Under the pieces are notes generated by a model that saw only the letters and a program-made list of their open reading frames with translations, searched no databases and had not been told where the DNA came from. 64,000 nucleotides of DNA from Candidatus Paceibacter sp. (lineage in GTDB: Bacteria; Patescibacteriota; Minisyncoccia; Phycocordibacterales; GCA-2747955), in the NCBI GenBank assembly GCA_014237915.1, contig JABACC010000013.1, positions 568 to 64,567 on the forward strand, in the 5' to 3' direction. Position numbers and translations under genes: made by a program. Positions within the stretch are counted from its first letter, which is position 1; the number at the start of each line of letters is the position of its first letter. Shown piece after piece: positions 53,600 to 62,458 of the stretch.

Positions 53600-54301
53600 T
53601 TAATTTCTGTCCCCGAAAAGCTGTAAAAGGTGTACAAAAATCATCACAAAATTTATATACATTTGTAAAGCTCCTAAAGCCATGTATCTTCTTACTTCTT
53701 TTTCTCCGCCTGTTTTTACATTTTCATAAATTTGCTTGTAAATATTTGCATCGTAAGCAACAAGGGCTGAGAAAATTAAAACCGCAGCTCCTGAAATGAG
53801 CATTTGGAAAAATGTATTTCCTAAAAAAATATTTACAACAGATGTAATTAAAATAGCCAAAACACCAATAAATAAAAAAGTTCCCCAGCCTGATAAATCT
53901 TTTTTTGTAGTGTATCCATAAAGTGAAAGTCCGCCAAAAATTGCAGCTGAAATTAAAAAAATATTTAAAATTGATGCTCCTGTGTAGATTAAAAAAATTC
54001 CTGAAAGAGTAATTCCGTTCAAAGCAGCATAAAGGAAAAAAAGTGCTGTGGCAGTGGAAGGCTCCATTTTTCTTATCATAAACTGAATTCCTAAAAGTAA
54101 TATAAATTCTATAATAACAATTCCCCAAAAAATTCCAGAGCTGAAAACATAAGAACCTAGGGAAGTGTTTAAGGTTAAGTAAGAAAATAAAGCTGTGATT
54201 AAAATCCCTCCACACATCCATTTATAAATTCCAGCAAAAAAAGTTCCAACTCCTGAAGTAGCTTCTGTGTGAGAAAAGTTGTTTTTATTTTGTAATTCCA
54301 T
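53600..54301 (-). CDS. Bax-inhibitor-1/YccA (TMBIM) family membrane protein
   Basis: 7-TM profile. C-terminal YDANIY...YMALGALQMYINFVMIFVHLLQLFG is typical of BI-1/YccA. Confidence 0.8.
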   Translation of the reverse strand: MELQNKNNFSHTEATSGVGTFFAGIYKWMCGGILITALFSYLTLNTSLGSYVFSSGIFWGIVIIEFILLLGIQFMIRKMEPSTATALFFLYAALNGITLSGIFLIYTGASILNIFLISAAIFGGLSLYGYTTKKDLSGWGTFLFIGVLAILITSVVNIFLGNTFFQMLISGAAVLIFSALVAYDANIYKQIYENVKTGGEKEVRRYMALGALQMYINFVMIFVHLLQLFGDRN

Positions 54302-54336
54302 AATAATTAATTTAATTTTTAATAATAATTTAAGGT

Positions 54337-54483
54337 TTATCTAAAAAAACCTAAAATATAATCCACTAAAGATCTAACATCGATATTGAAATAATAAATA
54401 ACGTATAAAATTATTGCGATTATTGCAATTTCTTTAATTAAACCTCTTTGGTAGAAAAATTCATTTTTTCTTTTTTTATTCAT
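54337..54483 (-). CDS. Possible 48-aa single-TM small protein (below the track cutoff)
   Basis: MNKKRKNEFFYQRGLIKEIAIIAIILYVIYYFNIDVRSLVDYILGFFR. Sits between trmD and the yccA-like gene. Confidence 0.25.
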   Translation of the reverse strand: MNKKRKNEFFYQRGLIKEIAIIAIILYVIYYFNIDVRSLVDYILGFFR

Positions 54484-54514
54484 AAAAATATTATAACAAA
54501 AAATAAAAATTATT

Positions 54515-55180
54515 TTAAGAATTTTTTTCTTTCCAATTTTCTATTTTTTTATGATCACCTGATTTTAAAACAGCTGGGATTTTATATTTTTTCTTATTCC
54601 ATAAAATTTCTTCTGGGCGTGTGAAAAATTTTGAAGATGAAATTCTTTTTTCTTCAACTGAATCTTCGTTTCCTAAAACTCCTTCAATTTGGCGAGAAAT
54701 ACTATCTACTAAAATAAGTGCTGGGATTTCACCACCGGTTAAAACATAATCCCCTACTGAATAAAATTTTCCAGAATAAATTTTAGAAACTCTAGAGTCC
54801 AGTCCTTCGTATCTTCCACACACTAAAATTAAATTTTTAATTTTTTTATTTTTAAAATTTTTTGAAATTTTTATAGCCTCTTTGTTTGTCCATTTTTTTG
54901 CAGACGGAGAAAAATAAATTATTTGAAAATCTTTTTTTCTTCCTATGGCTTTTTTTATAGATTTTAAAAAAGGCTCAGCTTTTAAAACCATTCCAGGGCC
55001 GCCGCCGTAAGGCTTGTCGTCGACTCTTTTTGAAAGTCCGGATTTTGATTTTTCTAAAAAATCTATCGGATTATGGAAAAATATTTTTATTTTTTTTTTC
55101 TCTTGAGCTTTTTTTAAAATTGAAGAATTTAAATAGGGCTTTAAAGTTTCAGGAAAAATTGAAATTATGTGAAAATTCAT
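54515..55180 (-). CDS. trmD: tRNA (guanine37-N1)-methyltransferase
   Basis: MNFHIISIFPE... DDKPYGGGPGMVLKAEP, LVCGRYEGLDSRV, SVGDYVLTGGEIPALILVDSISR. Confidence 0.9.
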   Translation of the reverse strand: MNFHIISIFPETLKPYLNSSILKKAQEKKKIKIFFHNPIDFLEKSKSGLSKRVDDKPYGGGPGMVLKAEPFLKSIKKAIGRKKDFQIIYFSPSAKKWTNKEAIKISKNFKNKKIKNLILVCGRYEGLDSRVSKIYSGKFYSVGDYVLTGGEIPALILVDSISRQIEGVLGNEDSVEEKRISSSKFFTRPEEILWNKKKYKIPAVLKSGDHKKIENWKEKNS

Positions 55181-55223
55181 TTTTATTTTTTATAAAAATA
55201 TTATAGCAGATATTTTAGGAAAA

Positions 55224-55262
55224 TTTTTTGGCGGATTTTGCGAAGCAAAATCCGCCACCAAA
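55224..55262. repeat. Second identical copy of the palindromic element TTTTTTGGCGGATTTTGCGAAGCAAAATCCGCC
   Basis: Identical over about 33 nt to the 17425..17463 copy. Confidence 0.6.
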
Positions 55263-55320
55263 AACTAAAAAATTTATAAAAATTTGAAAATAAAAAAAGA
55301 AAAATTAAAAAAATTTTAAA

Positions 55321-55358
55321 AACAAAGTGCGCGCCTTCGGCGCGCACTTTGTTTTTTC
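55321..55358. terminator. Hairpin ACAAAGTGCGCGCC-TTCG-GGCGCGCACTTTGT followed by a T-run; inverted twin of the 57392..57422 hairpin
   Basis: 31-nt element identical to the 57392 copy except that the loop is reverse-complemented. Confidence 0.7.
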
Positions 55359-55373
55359 TCTCTAATTCTAAAT

Positions 55374-56498
55374 TTACAAAAGATAAACTTCTCCTTGCAA
55401 ACCATATCCGTTAAATTCAGAATCTTCCGGATTTTCAAGTTCGACTTTTTTCAAACCATCTTTAAGTTTCCAAAGATATCTATTTAAAACTGGTCTGTTT
55501 GTTCCGTGCCCGCTAGAATGATCGTCAATACTTATCGCTAATTTCTTTTCTGATTTTTCATCAATATCTTGAGTAAATTTTTTAAATTTTTCAAAAAAAT
55601 CTTCAACATCTAAATAATTTATTGTGTTTTCAACAGGATTTAATCCTCTAATAATAAGCAGATCTTCTCCGTTTTTTGCTTTTGTTTCTATCAACAATGA
55701 TGAGCCAACCACTTTTGCAAATCTATTTTCCGGGTTTGAAGCCATCAAAACAGAAGAAATGTTTGGAAATCTTTCTAAAATACTATTGTATCTAGAAGCC
55801 CAGCAAGCATCTCCTTCGTGGCCTGAAAATTCTGTATGAATATCTCTGTGGGTTGAGAAATTAATTTTCACTTCTCCTGTTTTGACTTGCTTACTTTTTA
55901 ATCTGGCTAACTGCTCTTTTAAAGCTGCTGTGCTGATAATTTTATTGAAAGTTTTCTTTGCCTTTGTGTCTGTAAAATATTTAGACATAACTTCCCTGTT
56001 TGTAATATGGTCAATAAAATCTAAAACCCAAGAAATATCGTCAAGCGAAGGTTTTTCTAAATTTATATTTTCTAAATCAAAATTCCTTTGATTTTCCTTT
56101 CTAAAACTCATAATAAAAACTGCTCTCCTTAAGAGATTGTCTATCTCTCTATTTTTTAAGCTCCCCAAAGCTGTATAGTTTTTTTGAAAATCCTTTAAGT
56201 CTCTTAAATTTATTTTTTCTAAAAAATCTTTTTTCTCTTCAATTATTTTCTTAGTAAATTCATTATCTTTGTTTTTCTCCAAAGTTTTTTCTAAATTTGA
56301 AATTTCATTTTTTACTAGTTCGTTTAAAGAAGTAATGATTTCGGAAAAAGGTTTTTCTTTTTCCTTTTTTATTTTTTTAGCCTCTTTTATGTCACTAATT
56401 AAAATATTAAATCTTTCTAAATAATCTTCGGTATATGAAATTTCCTCTTTTGAATCAAAACTTTTTTTAATAATGGAAAAAGTTTCAGAGCTTTTCAT
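55374..56498 (-). CDS. Hypothetical protein, 374 aa (N-terminal coiled-coil region; C-terminal domain with conserved H/C/D residues)
   Basis: No recognised family. Motifs EFSGHEGDACWASRYN and DDHSSGHGTNRP. Confidence 0.6.
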   Translation of the reverse strand: MKSSETFSIIKKSFDSKEEISYTEDYLERFNILISDIKEAKKIKKEKEKPFSEIITSLNELVKNEISNLEKTLEKNKDNEFTKKIIEEKKDFLEKINLRDLKDFQKNYTALGSLKNREIDNLLRRAVFIMSFRKENQRNFDLENINLEKPSLDDISWVLDFIDHITNREVMSKYFTDTKAKKTFNKIISTAALKEQLARLKSKQVKTGEVKINFSTHRDIHTEFSGHEGDACWASRYNSILERFPNISSVLMASNPENRFAKVVGSSLLIETKAKNGEDLLIIRGLNPVENTINYLDVEDFFEKFKKFTQDIDEKSEKKLAISIDDHSSGHGTNRPVLNRYLWKLKDGLKKVELENPEDSEFNGYGLQGEVYLL

Positions 56499-56565
56499 CT
56501 GTTCTGGCAGCTTTCTAAAATCATCTTTATTTTTTAAATATGTTTCTATGGTTTCATCAAAACTC

Positions 56566-57087
56566 TCATCTGTTTGCCCCCCAAGATGAAGCTTCGTATC
56601 TTATGAAATTTTTAAAAAAATCTTTAATTATTTTTTTATTTAAAGTAGCAAGATCAAAATCCTCTGCCATAAAATCTTTTTTTGTTTTATTTAAAATATC
56701 TTTTAAATCTTCTAAAATATTTTCTGGTTTTTTGTTTTTTTCTAAACCAAGCTCTTTCAGGTTTTTTCCTATTTCTGTGTCTGAATCATCTAAAGATCTT
56801 ATTTCTTCAAATATTTCAAATGTTAAAAAATTTCCAAATATTTCAACAGCAGAATTTTCAAGATAATTAAAATATTTGTTTAAATTAAAATGTTTATATA
56901 CTTCTATCACATCATTAGCGTATCCTTTTTTAAGCTGTTTTATAAAACCCTCCTTAGCTAGATCTATAACTTTTTCGGAGTTTAAAAACTCTTCTTGGTC
57001 TTGAAGAAATTCTTCTTTTATTTCTATCGCCTTATCAAAATTTTCTTGTACGAGGTATCTAATAAGAAGTTTCTTGGCAGTTTCCAT
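56566..57087 (-). CDS. Hypothetical helical tandem-repeat protein (~38-aa repeats)
   Basis: Repeats EKFF.SEE.IE.AKK.FIK.LKKG....IEI.K.F. The repeat-encoding DNA continues in-frame for ~60 codons upstream of the annotated ATG without a start codon. Confidence 0.5.
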   Translation of the reverse strand: METAKKLLIRYLVQENFDKAIEIKEEFLQDQEEFLNSEKVIDLAKEGFIKQLKKGYANDVIEVYKHFNLNKYFNYLENSAVEIFGNFLTFEIFEEIRSLDDSDTEIGKNLKELGLEKNKKPENILEDLKDILNKTKKDFMAEDFDLATLNKKIIKDFFKNFIRYEASSWGANR

Positions 57088-57290
57088 GAATTCTTCAGAT
57101 TTAAAAAACTTTTCTTCTTTTTCAAGGAAGTTTTTTTTTATTCTTATTGCATAAAAAATTTTTCCTTTTTTAAGTTCTTTAATGAAAAATTTCTTGGCAG
57201 CTTCTATGACTTCTTCGGAGTTAAAAAACTTTTCTTCTTTTTCAAGGAAGTTTTTTTTATTTCTATCGCATTATGAAGCCATCCTTCTCC
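56990..57290. repeat. Direct tandem repeat of ~117-bp units (about 2.5 copies, ~90% identity between the two 3'-most copies) spanning the 5' end of the 56566..57087 gene
   Basis: AAGTTTCTTGGCAGTTTCCATGAATTCTTCAGATTTAAAAAACTTTTCTTCTTTTTCAAGGAAG... is repeated at 57061 and 57181. A degraded copy lies near 56950. Confidence 0.7.
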
Positions 57291-57389
57291 AAGGCTTTTA
57301 ATAAACTTATTTTTATAATTGCCCTCTTCTACTAAACTTATAATTGAAAAATTTTCTTTCATTTTTTTATTATATAATATATTTTAAAA

Positions 57390-57428
57390 AAACAAAGTGC
57401 GCGCCGAAGGCGCGCACTTTGTTTTTTA
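57390..57428. terminator. Hairpin ACAAAGTGCGCGCC-GAAG-GGCGCGCACTTTGT followed by a T-run (3' of khpA)
   Basis: See the 55321 copy. Confidence 0.7.
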
Positions 57429-57474
57429 AACTACTTTATTATTTTTATAATTTTATAGTTTTAAATGAAGGTTT

Positions 57475-57729
57475 TTATCCTTCTTCTCCTGGTTCATTTA
57501 TTTTTAAATTAACCCTTGAGTCATTTTTCATTCCAATCACTCTTAAGATTGTTCTAATAGCTGAGGCTGTTCTTCCTTCTTTTCCGATAATTTGAGCCAT
57601 GTCGCCTTTATCAACGTTAAGTGTTAACAAAACTCCCATTTCATCAACAACTCTATTAACCTTAATAGCGTCTGGTTTTTCTACCACTGATTTAACAATA
57701 AATTCTAATACTTCTTGATCTTTTTCCAT
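57475..57729 (-). CDS. khpA: KH-domain RNA-binding protein (KhpA/YlqC, UPF0109)
   Basis: LEFIVKSVVEKPDAIKV...DMAQIIGKEGRTASAIRTILRVIG. Confidence 0.7.
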   Translation of the reverse strand: MEKDQEVLEFIVKSVVEKPDAIKVNRVVDEMGVLLTLNVDKGDMAQIIGKEGRTASAIRTILRVIGMKNDSRVNLKINEPGEEG

Positions 57730-57896
57730 ACAAATAAATTTAACGAATAAATAAACCTTTAAAAGATTTATTGAAAATAATTATAACAAACAAAATAATA
57801 ATAAAAAATAAAAAAAATAAAAAATTTTTTAAAAATAAGTTTTGGTGAATTTTACCGAAGGTAAAAATCACAAAAAATCAGAAAAAAATAAAAAAA

Positions 57897-58586
57897 TTAT
57901 TCCCAACCTTTTTTAATTAAAGCCTTTTTGGCCGCATCAACTTCTGCTTTTTGTTTTGATTTTCCCTCACCTTCTGAAATTTTTTCATCACCAATATAAG
58001 CTCCGACAATAAAATTTTTGTCGTGATCTGGCCCTTTTTCGGAAATCAATTTATATTCTGGAGTAGCTGGAATAACTTCTTGGGCAATTTCTTGAAAATA
58101 AGATTTTGGATCACGAAAAAGATTTTTCTCCACAATCTCAAAAGCATAATCAAACAAAAAATTTTCTAAAAAAGTATAAGCTTTAAAAAATCCGTCTTTT
58201 TCTCCGTCTAAATAAATTGCTCCCACCAAAGCTTCAAAAGTGTTTGCTAAAATATGATTCCTGCCTTTTTTTTCAAGCGATTCTCCTTTTGACATTAATA
58301 AGTTTTCCTCAAGATTTAATTTTTTAGCAGCGTTGCAAAGCGATTCAGTATTTACAAGGGCTGATCTGATGGCGGTTAACTCCCCTTCTTTTTTTTGAGG
58401 AAAATTTTTATATAAAAAATCTGTAGCACAAAGCTCCAAAACAGCATCTCCTAAAAATTCCATTCTTTCATTGTGTTGTGAAAATTTTTCTTTATTTTCA
58501 TTTAAATATGAACGATGAACAAAAGCATTTTCTAAAGTTTTTATATTATTAAATTTTATTCCAATTTTTTTTTCAAATTCTTCCAC
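57897..58586 (-). CDS. rnc: Ribonuclease III
   Basis: Catalytic signature ERMEFLGDAVLEL. C-terminal dsRBD KSKQKAEVDAAKKAL. Confidence 0.9.
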   Translation of the reverse strand: MEEFEKKIGIKFNNIKTLENAFVHRSYLNENKEKFSQHNERMEFLGDAVLELCATDFLYKNFPQKKEGELTAIRSALVNTESLCNAAKKLNLEENLLMSKGESLEKKGRNHILANTFEALVGAIYLDGEKDGFFKAYTFLENFLFDYAFEIVEKNLFRDPKSYFQEIAQEVIPATPEYKLISEKGPDHDKNFIVGAYIGDEKISEGEGKSKQKAEVDAAKKALIKKGWE

Positions 58587-58590
58587 TTTT

Positions 58591-59490
58591 TTATTTTTTA
58601 TTTTTTAAAATATCTAAACCTTTTTCGATAATAAAAAGAGCATCTTTATAAATCTTGTCTTTTGGAATTTTGTCTATATCAAACCAAGCAAAATCTTTTA
58701 TTCCTTTATTTTCTTTTGGAATTTTATGATTATCTGGATTTGAAACTTCAAAAAGAAAATATTCAATATCTTTGTTTAAAATTTTATCTTTATCTTCATC
58801 AGCTTTATAAATATTTTCACCAATTTTTTCTTTAACAGCTCCTGAAAGATTTGTTTTATCTTTTATTATTGCAGCCAAAGATTCATCTCCTTCTAAAAAC
58901 TCTTCTGGTGTTCCTTTTGGCATTGTCCATTTTTTAAAAATATTAAAAATTAAACCAATTTTGATATTTCCATCCTCGTCTTTGTAATAAAGCAGGGCTC
59001 CTTTTTTTGAAATTTTAACTTTTTCTTTTTTCTCTTGAAGCTTTTTATCTTTTTCTTTAGCTCCGCTTTCTTCATAAATTGTTCCCAAAACTCCTGAAAT
59101 AAATTTATAAGAATTTTTAGAACCATAAGTTTTAGCAATTTCTATGGCCTCATTTATAGCTACTCTTGGTGGAACTTTTGTATCTTCTTCTGAAAATAAA
59201 ACTTCATAAATTCCCATTCTCAAAATATTTCTATCAACAGGAGAAATTTTTTCAAGCGGCCAAGAAGGTGCGGCTTTTACAATAATCTCATCGATAACAC
59301 TTTGTTTTTTTATAATTCCTTCAAAAACTTTTAAAGAAAAATTGTCTTCTTCGTTTTCTTCTGAATAAAAATTTTCCAAAATATACTGATAAAATTCTTT
59401 TGGTTTTTCAAAAATATTTCTTTCTTTTGATAAATCAAAGAAAAAAAGAGATTGAGCTATTATTTGCCTTGCAGTGTGTCTATTTATCAT
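58591..59490 (-). CDS. nusB: NusB antitermination factor fused to a C-terminal Nudix-fold domain with a degenerate Nudix box
   Basis: N-terminal 145 aa carry the NusB motifs RQIIAQSLFF, RNILRMGIYEVLF, PPRVAINEAIEIAK. The C-terminal 150 aa read GALLYY..IGLIFN..KKWTMPKGTPEEFLEGDESLAAIIKDKTNLSG..DFAWFDIDKIP. This matches the Nudix fold, but REx2EE is replaced by KDKTN. Confidence 0.7.
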   Translation of the reverse strand: MINRHTARQIIAQSLFFFDLSKERNIFEKPKEFYQYILENFYSEENEEDNFSLKVFEGIIKKQSVIDEIIVKAAPSWPLEKISPVDRNILRMGIYEVLFSEEDTKVPPRVAINEAIEIAKTYGSKNSYKFISGVLGTIYEESGAKEKDKKLQEKKEKVKISKKGALLYYKDEDGNIKIGLIFNIFKKWTMPKGTPEEFLEGDESLAAIIKDKTNLSGAVKEKIGENIYKADEDKDKILNKDIEYFLFEVSNPDNHKIPKENKGIKDFAWFDIDKIPKDKIYKDALFIIEKGLDILKNKK

Positions 59491-59522
59491 TTTGTAAAAA
59501 TTTTATAAAAAAAATAAAATTA

Positions 59523-59855
59523 TTAAACTTTATTTCTTCTAGTTTCTTTTGCAGTATCTTTTTTTGAATTGTAGTTTTCTACTCCTGAGTTTTTTTCAAG
59601 TGTTGTCTCCATTTGAGGTACTTTATTTTCATCTTTTGAAATTTCTTTGTTTTCAACTTTGGCTTTACTGGCTTTTTCTTTTTTCCCAACTTCTAAGATT
59701 TTTTTACCTTTGTAAAAGCCGCATTCAAGACAAATTCTATGTCTTTTAAAAAATTCCCCACAATTAGAACACAATGAAAGTCTTGGTGCTTTCAAAGCGT
59801 GGTGTGACCTACGGTTTCCCGTGTGTCTTTTAGTTACTCTCATTCTACTACTCAT
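59523..59855 (-). CDS. rpmF: Ribosomal protein L32 with a C-terminal extension
   Basis: RRSHHALKAPRLSLCSNCGEFFKRHRICLECGFYKG. Confidence 0.8.
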   Translation of the reverse strand: MSSRMRVTKRHTGNRRSHHALKAPRLSLCSNCGEFFKRHRICLECGFYKGKKILEVGKKEKASKAKVENKEISKDENKVPQMETTLEKNSGVENYNSKKDTAKETRRNKV

Positions 59856-59896
59856 ATAGTTTGCAATTATATATAAAAAAAAACTTTTTGCAAAAT

Positions 59897-61324
59897 TTAT
59901 TTTTGCGCTAATTCTTGTCCGTTTTCTGTGTCTTTTACTAAAAAACCGAGTTTTAAAATTTTGTCTCTTAATTCGTCTGATTTTTGAAAATCTTTTTCTT
60001 TTTTAGCTTCTTCTCTTTGATTTAAAAGCTCCTCGACTTGTTTTGGAATTTTTAAATCTTCTTTTTTTTTAATTTCTTTTTTTTCAAAAATTCCTAAAAC
60101 TCGATTGAAATCTAAAAGTGTTGCTTTTTTGTCTGAATTTTTTAAATCAGAATCTAAAACTTCAAAAAAAATAGCAAGCGCCTCTGGAATATTAAAATCA
60201 TCTGAAATTTTTTCTATAAATTTATTTTTATAATTTTCTGAAATTTCCCCCTCTTCTTTTTCTTCTTCAAATTTCTGAATTTTTGAAATTATTTTTCCCC
60301 TTGCCTTAGCTGAAGATTCAAGGGCTTGCCAGGTAAAATTTTGTTTAGATCTGTAATGAGATTGGGCGAAAAAAAGCCTTAAATCATATGGAGAAAAATT
60401 TTTCTTTTCTATATCTTCAATTAAATAAGAAGTTCCGCTTGATTTTGACATTTTTTTTCCGTCCACTAAAAGATGTTCGTTGTGAAGCCAATAATTTACA
60501 TATTTTTTTTCGTTGGCTGATTCTGATTGAGCAATTTCGTTTGTATGATGAGTTGGGATATGTTCGATTCCACCCATTTTTATATCGAGTGTTTTTCCTA
60601 AAATTTTCAAAGCCATCGCCGAACATTCAAGGTGCCAACCGGGAGATCCGTTTCCATTTTCAACAAGTGGATTTTCAAAAGGTGACGGCCAAAATTGTAA
60701 ATCATTTTTATGATCACCGGTTTTAAAAAACCATAAAGAAAAATCCTCCGGATTTTTCTTCTCCTTATCTAAAATTTTTCCAGAGCCCAAACCTTTTAAA
60801 TTTTTTTCTTTTTTTTGTTTTGAAAGTTCGTAATAATTTTCAAATTTTTGAACATCGAAATAAATGGCCAAAGAAGTTTTGTAAGCAAAACCTTTTTCTA
60901 ATAATTTTTCTATCATTTCAATTTGCTCTTTTATAAAATCGGTTGCTTTTGGAGTTTCTGATGGAAAAATTGTATTTAATTTTTCTAAATCTTCTTCGTA
61001 TTTTTCTATGTGAAAATTTGCAATTTCTTGAGGAGATTTATTTTCTTTTTTTGCTGCTTTTTCCATTCTGTCTTCCCCGCTGTCTGCATCGCCGTCATTA
61101 TCTCCTGATAAATGTCCTACATCTGTATAATTTCTCACAAACAAAACTTCATAATCTAAATAATAAAAAACTCTAACAAAAAAATCAGCTAAAACAACAG
61201 ATCTCATATTTCCAATATGTTGGTTCCAATAAACGGTTGGCCCGCATTGATAAAATTTTACAAGATTTTTTTCTTGAGAAACAAATTCTTCTTTTTTTTT
61301 AGTTAATGTATTTAAAATTTTCAT
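59897..61324 (-). CDS. cysS: Cysteinyl-tRNA synthetase
   Basis: YQCGPTVYWNQHIGNMRS (HIGH region). KMSKSSGT. Zn-binding C residues. Confidence 0.9.
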   Translation of the reverse strand: MKILNTLTKKKEEFVSQEKNLVKFYQCGPTVYWNQHIGNMRSVVLADFFVRVFYYLDYEVLFVRNYTDVGHLSGDNDGDADSGEDRMEKAAKKENKSPQEIANFHIEKYEEDLEKLNTIFPSETPKATDFIKEQIEMIEKLLEKGFAYKTSLAIYFDVQKFENYYELSKQKKEKNLKGLGSGKILDKEKKNPEDFSLWFFKTGDHKNDLQFWPSPFENPLVENGNGSPGWHLECSAMALKILGKTLDIKMGGIEHIPTHHTNEIAQSESANEKKYVNYWLHNEHLLVDGKKMSKSSGTSYLIEDIEKKNFSPYDLRLFFAQSHYRSKQNFTWQALESSAKARGKIISKIQKFEEEKEEGEISENYKNKFIEKISDDFNIPEALAIFFEVLDSDLKNSDKKATLLDFNRVLGIFEKKEIKKKEDLKIPKQVEELLNQREEAKKEKDFQKSDELRDKILKLGFLVKDTENGQELAQK

Positions 61325-61363
61325 AAAATTTTTATTGAAAATAAAATTTCAAATTTAGAAAAA

Positions 61364-62434
61364 TTATTTTTTAAGTCCTCGAAGAGCAAGGCCAATTGCT
61401 ACAGAAAAATCTGGGCCTGCTTCTGCTAAAGTATCGTCTAAATAAGCTGGGTTATCTACTCTCGAAAATGGATCGGCTGTTTCAATTGGAATAGAAATTG
61501 ATTTTTTCATAAAAGGTAAAATTCCTTTAAAAATACTTCCGCCGCCTGTTAAAACAAGTAATGGGATATCTTTTGAATAAGTTTTTTGATAATCTAAAAT
61601 ATTTTTTTTAACTTCATTTATAATCCTGCTTAAATCAACCGGAACTTCGGAAAAATTATTAGTTCCCTCTCGTAAAAGTTTTCCTGCAGTACTCCCTATA
61701 TCTCCATTTGCTATTGGTTTTTCTTGTCCATAACTTCCAAAGGTTTTTAACATTTTATGTGAACCAATATTTATGATGTTTGATTTTCTGACTATTCCAC
61801 TTTCAACAACGTAAAATTTTGTCACCGAAGATCCTATGTCAATAATTGCCATAGAATTTTTATCATGTTTTGTTATTGAACGAATAGTAGAAAAAGTTTC
61901 AATTTCCATAAATTTTAATTTAAGACCTGCTCCTTTTGCAATATTATTATATTTTCTTAAAGTATCTTTATGAATTGCTACCACTAAAACATCGAGTTTG
62001 TCTGAATCAGAATTTGAACTTTTTGGTAAAATCGACCAATCAAGCTGAACTTCAGAAATTGGCACTGGAATATATTTTCTTGATTCAAAAGAAATTAACT
62101 CATCTATCTTCGAGGTTTCGACTTTTGGTAATTTCAAGTAAAACATTAAGCTTGATTTTAAGGGAATAGAAAGAGAACAATTTAATGAGTCAACTTGGGA
62201 TTCTCTTAAAAGATCTCTTAGCGCTTCGATATTTTTTTCGTCGTCTAAAACCACTGGATCTCCGATTTCTTTTCCAGCATAAGGAGAAAGGGAAATTTCT
62301 CCAAAAGTATCAAGGTGAGCAACTCCTTTTTTTCGAGAAAGTTGAACTACTTTAATTGATGAAGAGCCAATATCAATTCCCACTATTTTATTTTCATCAT
62401 CTTTTTGAAAAAGATTTTTTAATTTAGACAACAT
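61364..62434 (-). CDS. pilM: Type IV pilus assembly ATPase-fold protein PilM
   Basis: IVGIDIGSSSIKVVQL. Actin-like fold with a second phosphate motif MAIIDIGSSVTKF. Confidence 0.7.
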   Translation of the reverse strand: MLSKLKNLFQKDDENKIVGIDIGSSSIKVVQLSRKKGVAHLDTFGEISLSPYAGKEIGDPVVLDDEKNIEALRDLLRESQVDSLNCSLSIPLKSSLMFYLKLPKVETSKIDELISFESRKYIPVPISEVQLDWSILPKSSNSDSDKLDVLVVAIHKDTLRKYNNIAKGAGLKLKFMEIETFSTIRSITKHDKNSMAIIDIGSSVTKFYVVESGIVRKSNIINIGSHKMLKTFGSYGQEKPIANGDIGSTAGKLLREGTNNFSEVPVDLSRIINEVKKNILDYQKTYSKDIPLLVLTGGGSIFKGILPFMKKSISIPIETADPFSRVDNPAYLDDTLAEAGPDFSVAIGLALRGLKK

Positions 62435-62458
62435 AAATTATAATTAAGTTAATTTTAT

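Noticed and set aside
53724-54221. 165-aa Cys/Phe-rich ORF in an alternative frame of the yccA-like gene
   Set aside because: Same strand but different frame from a convincing 7-TM BI-1 family protein. Composition artefact.
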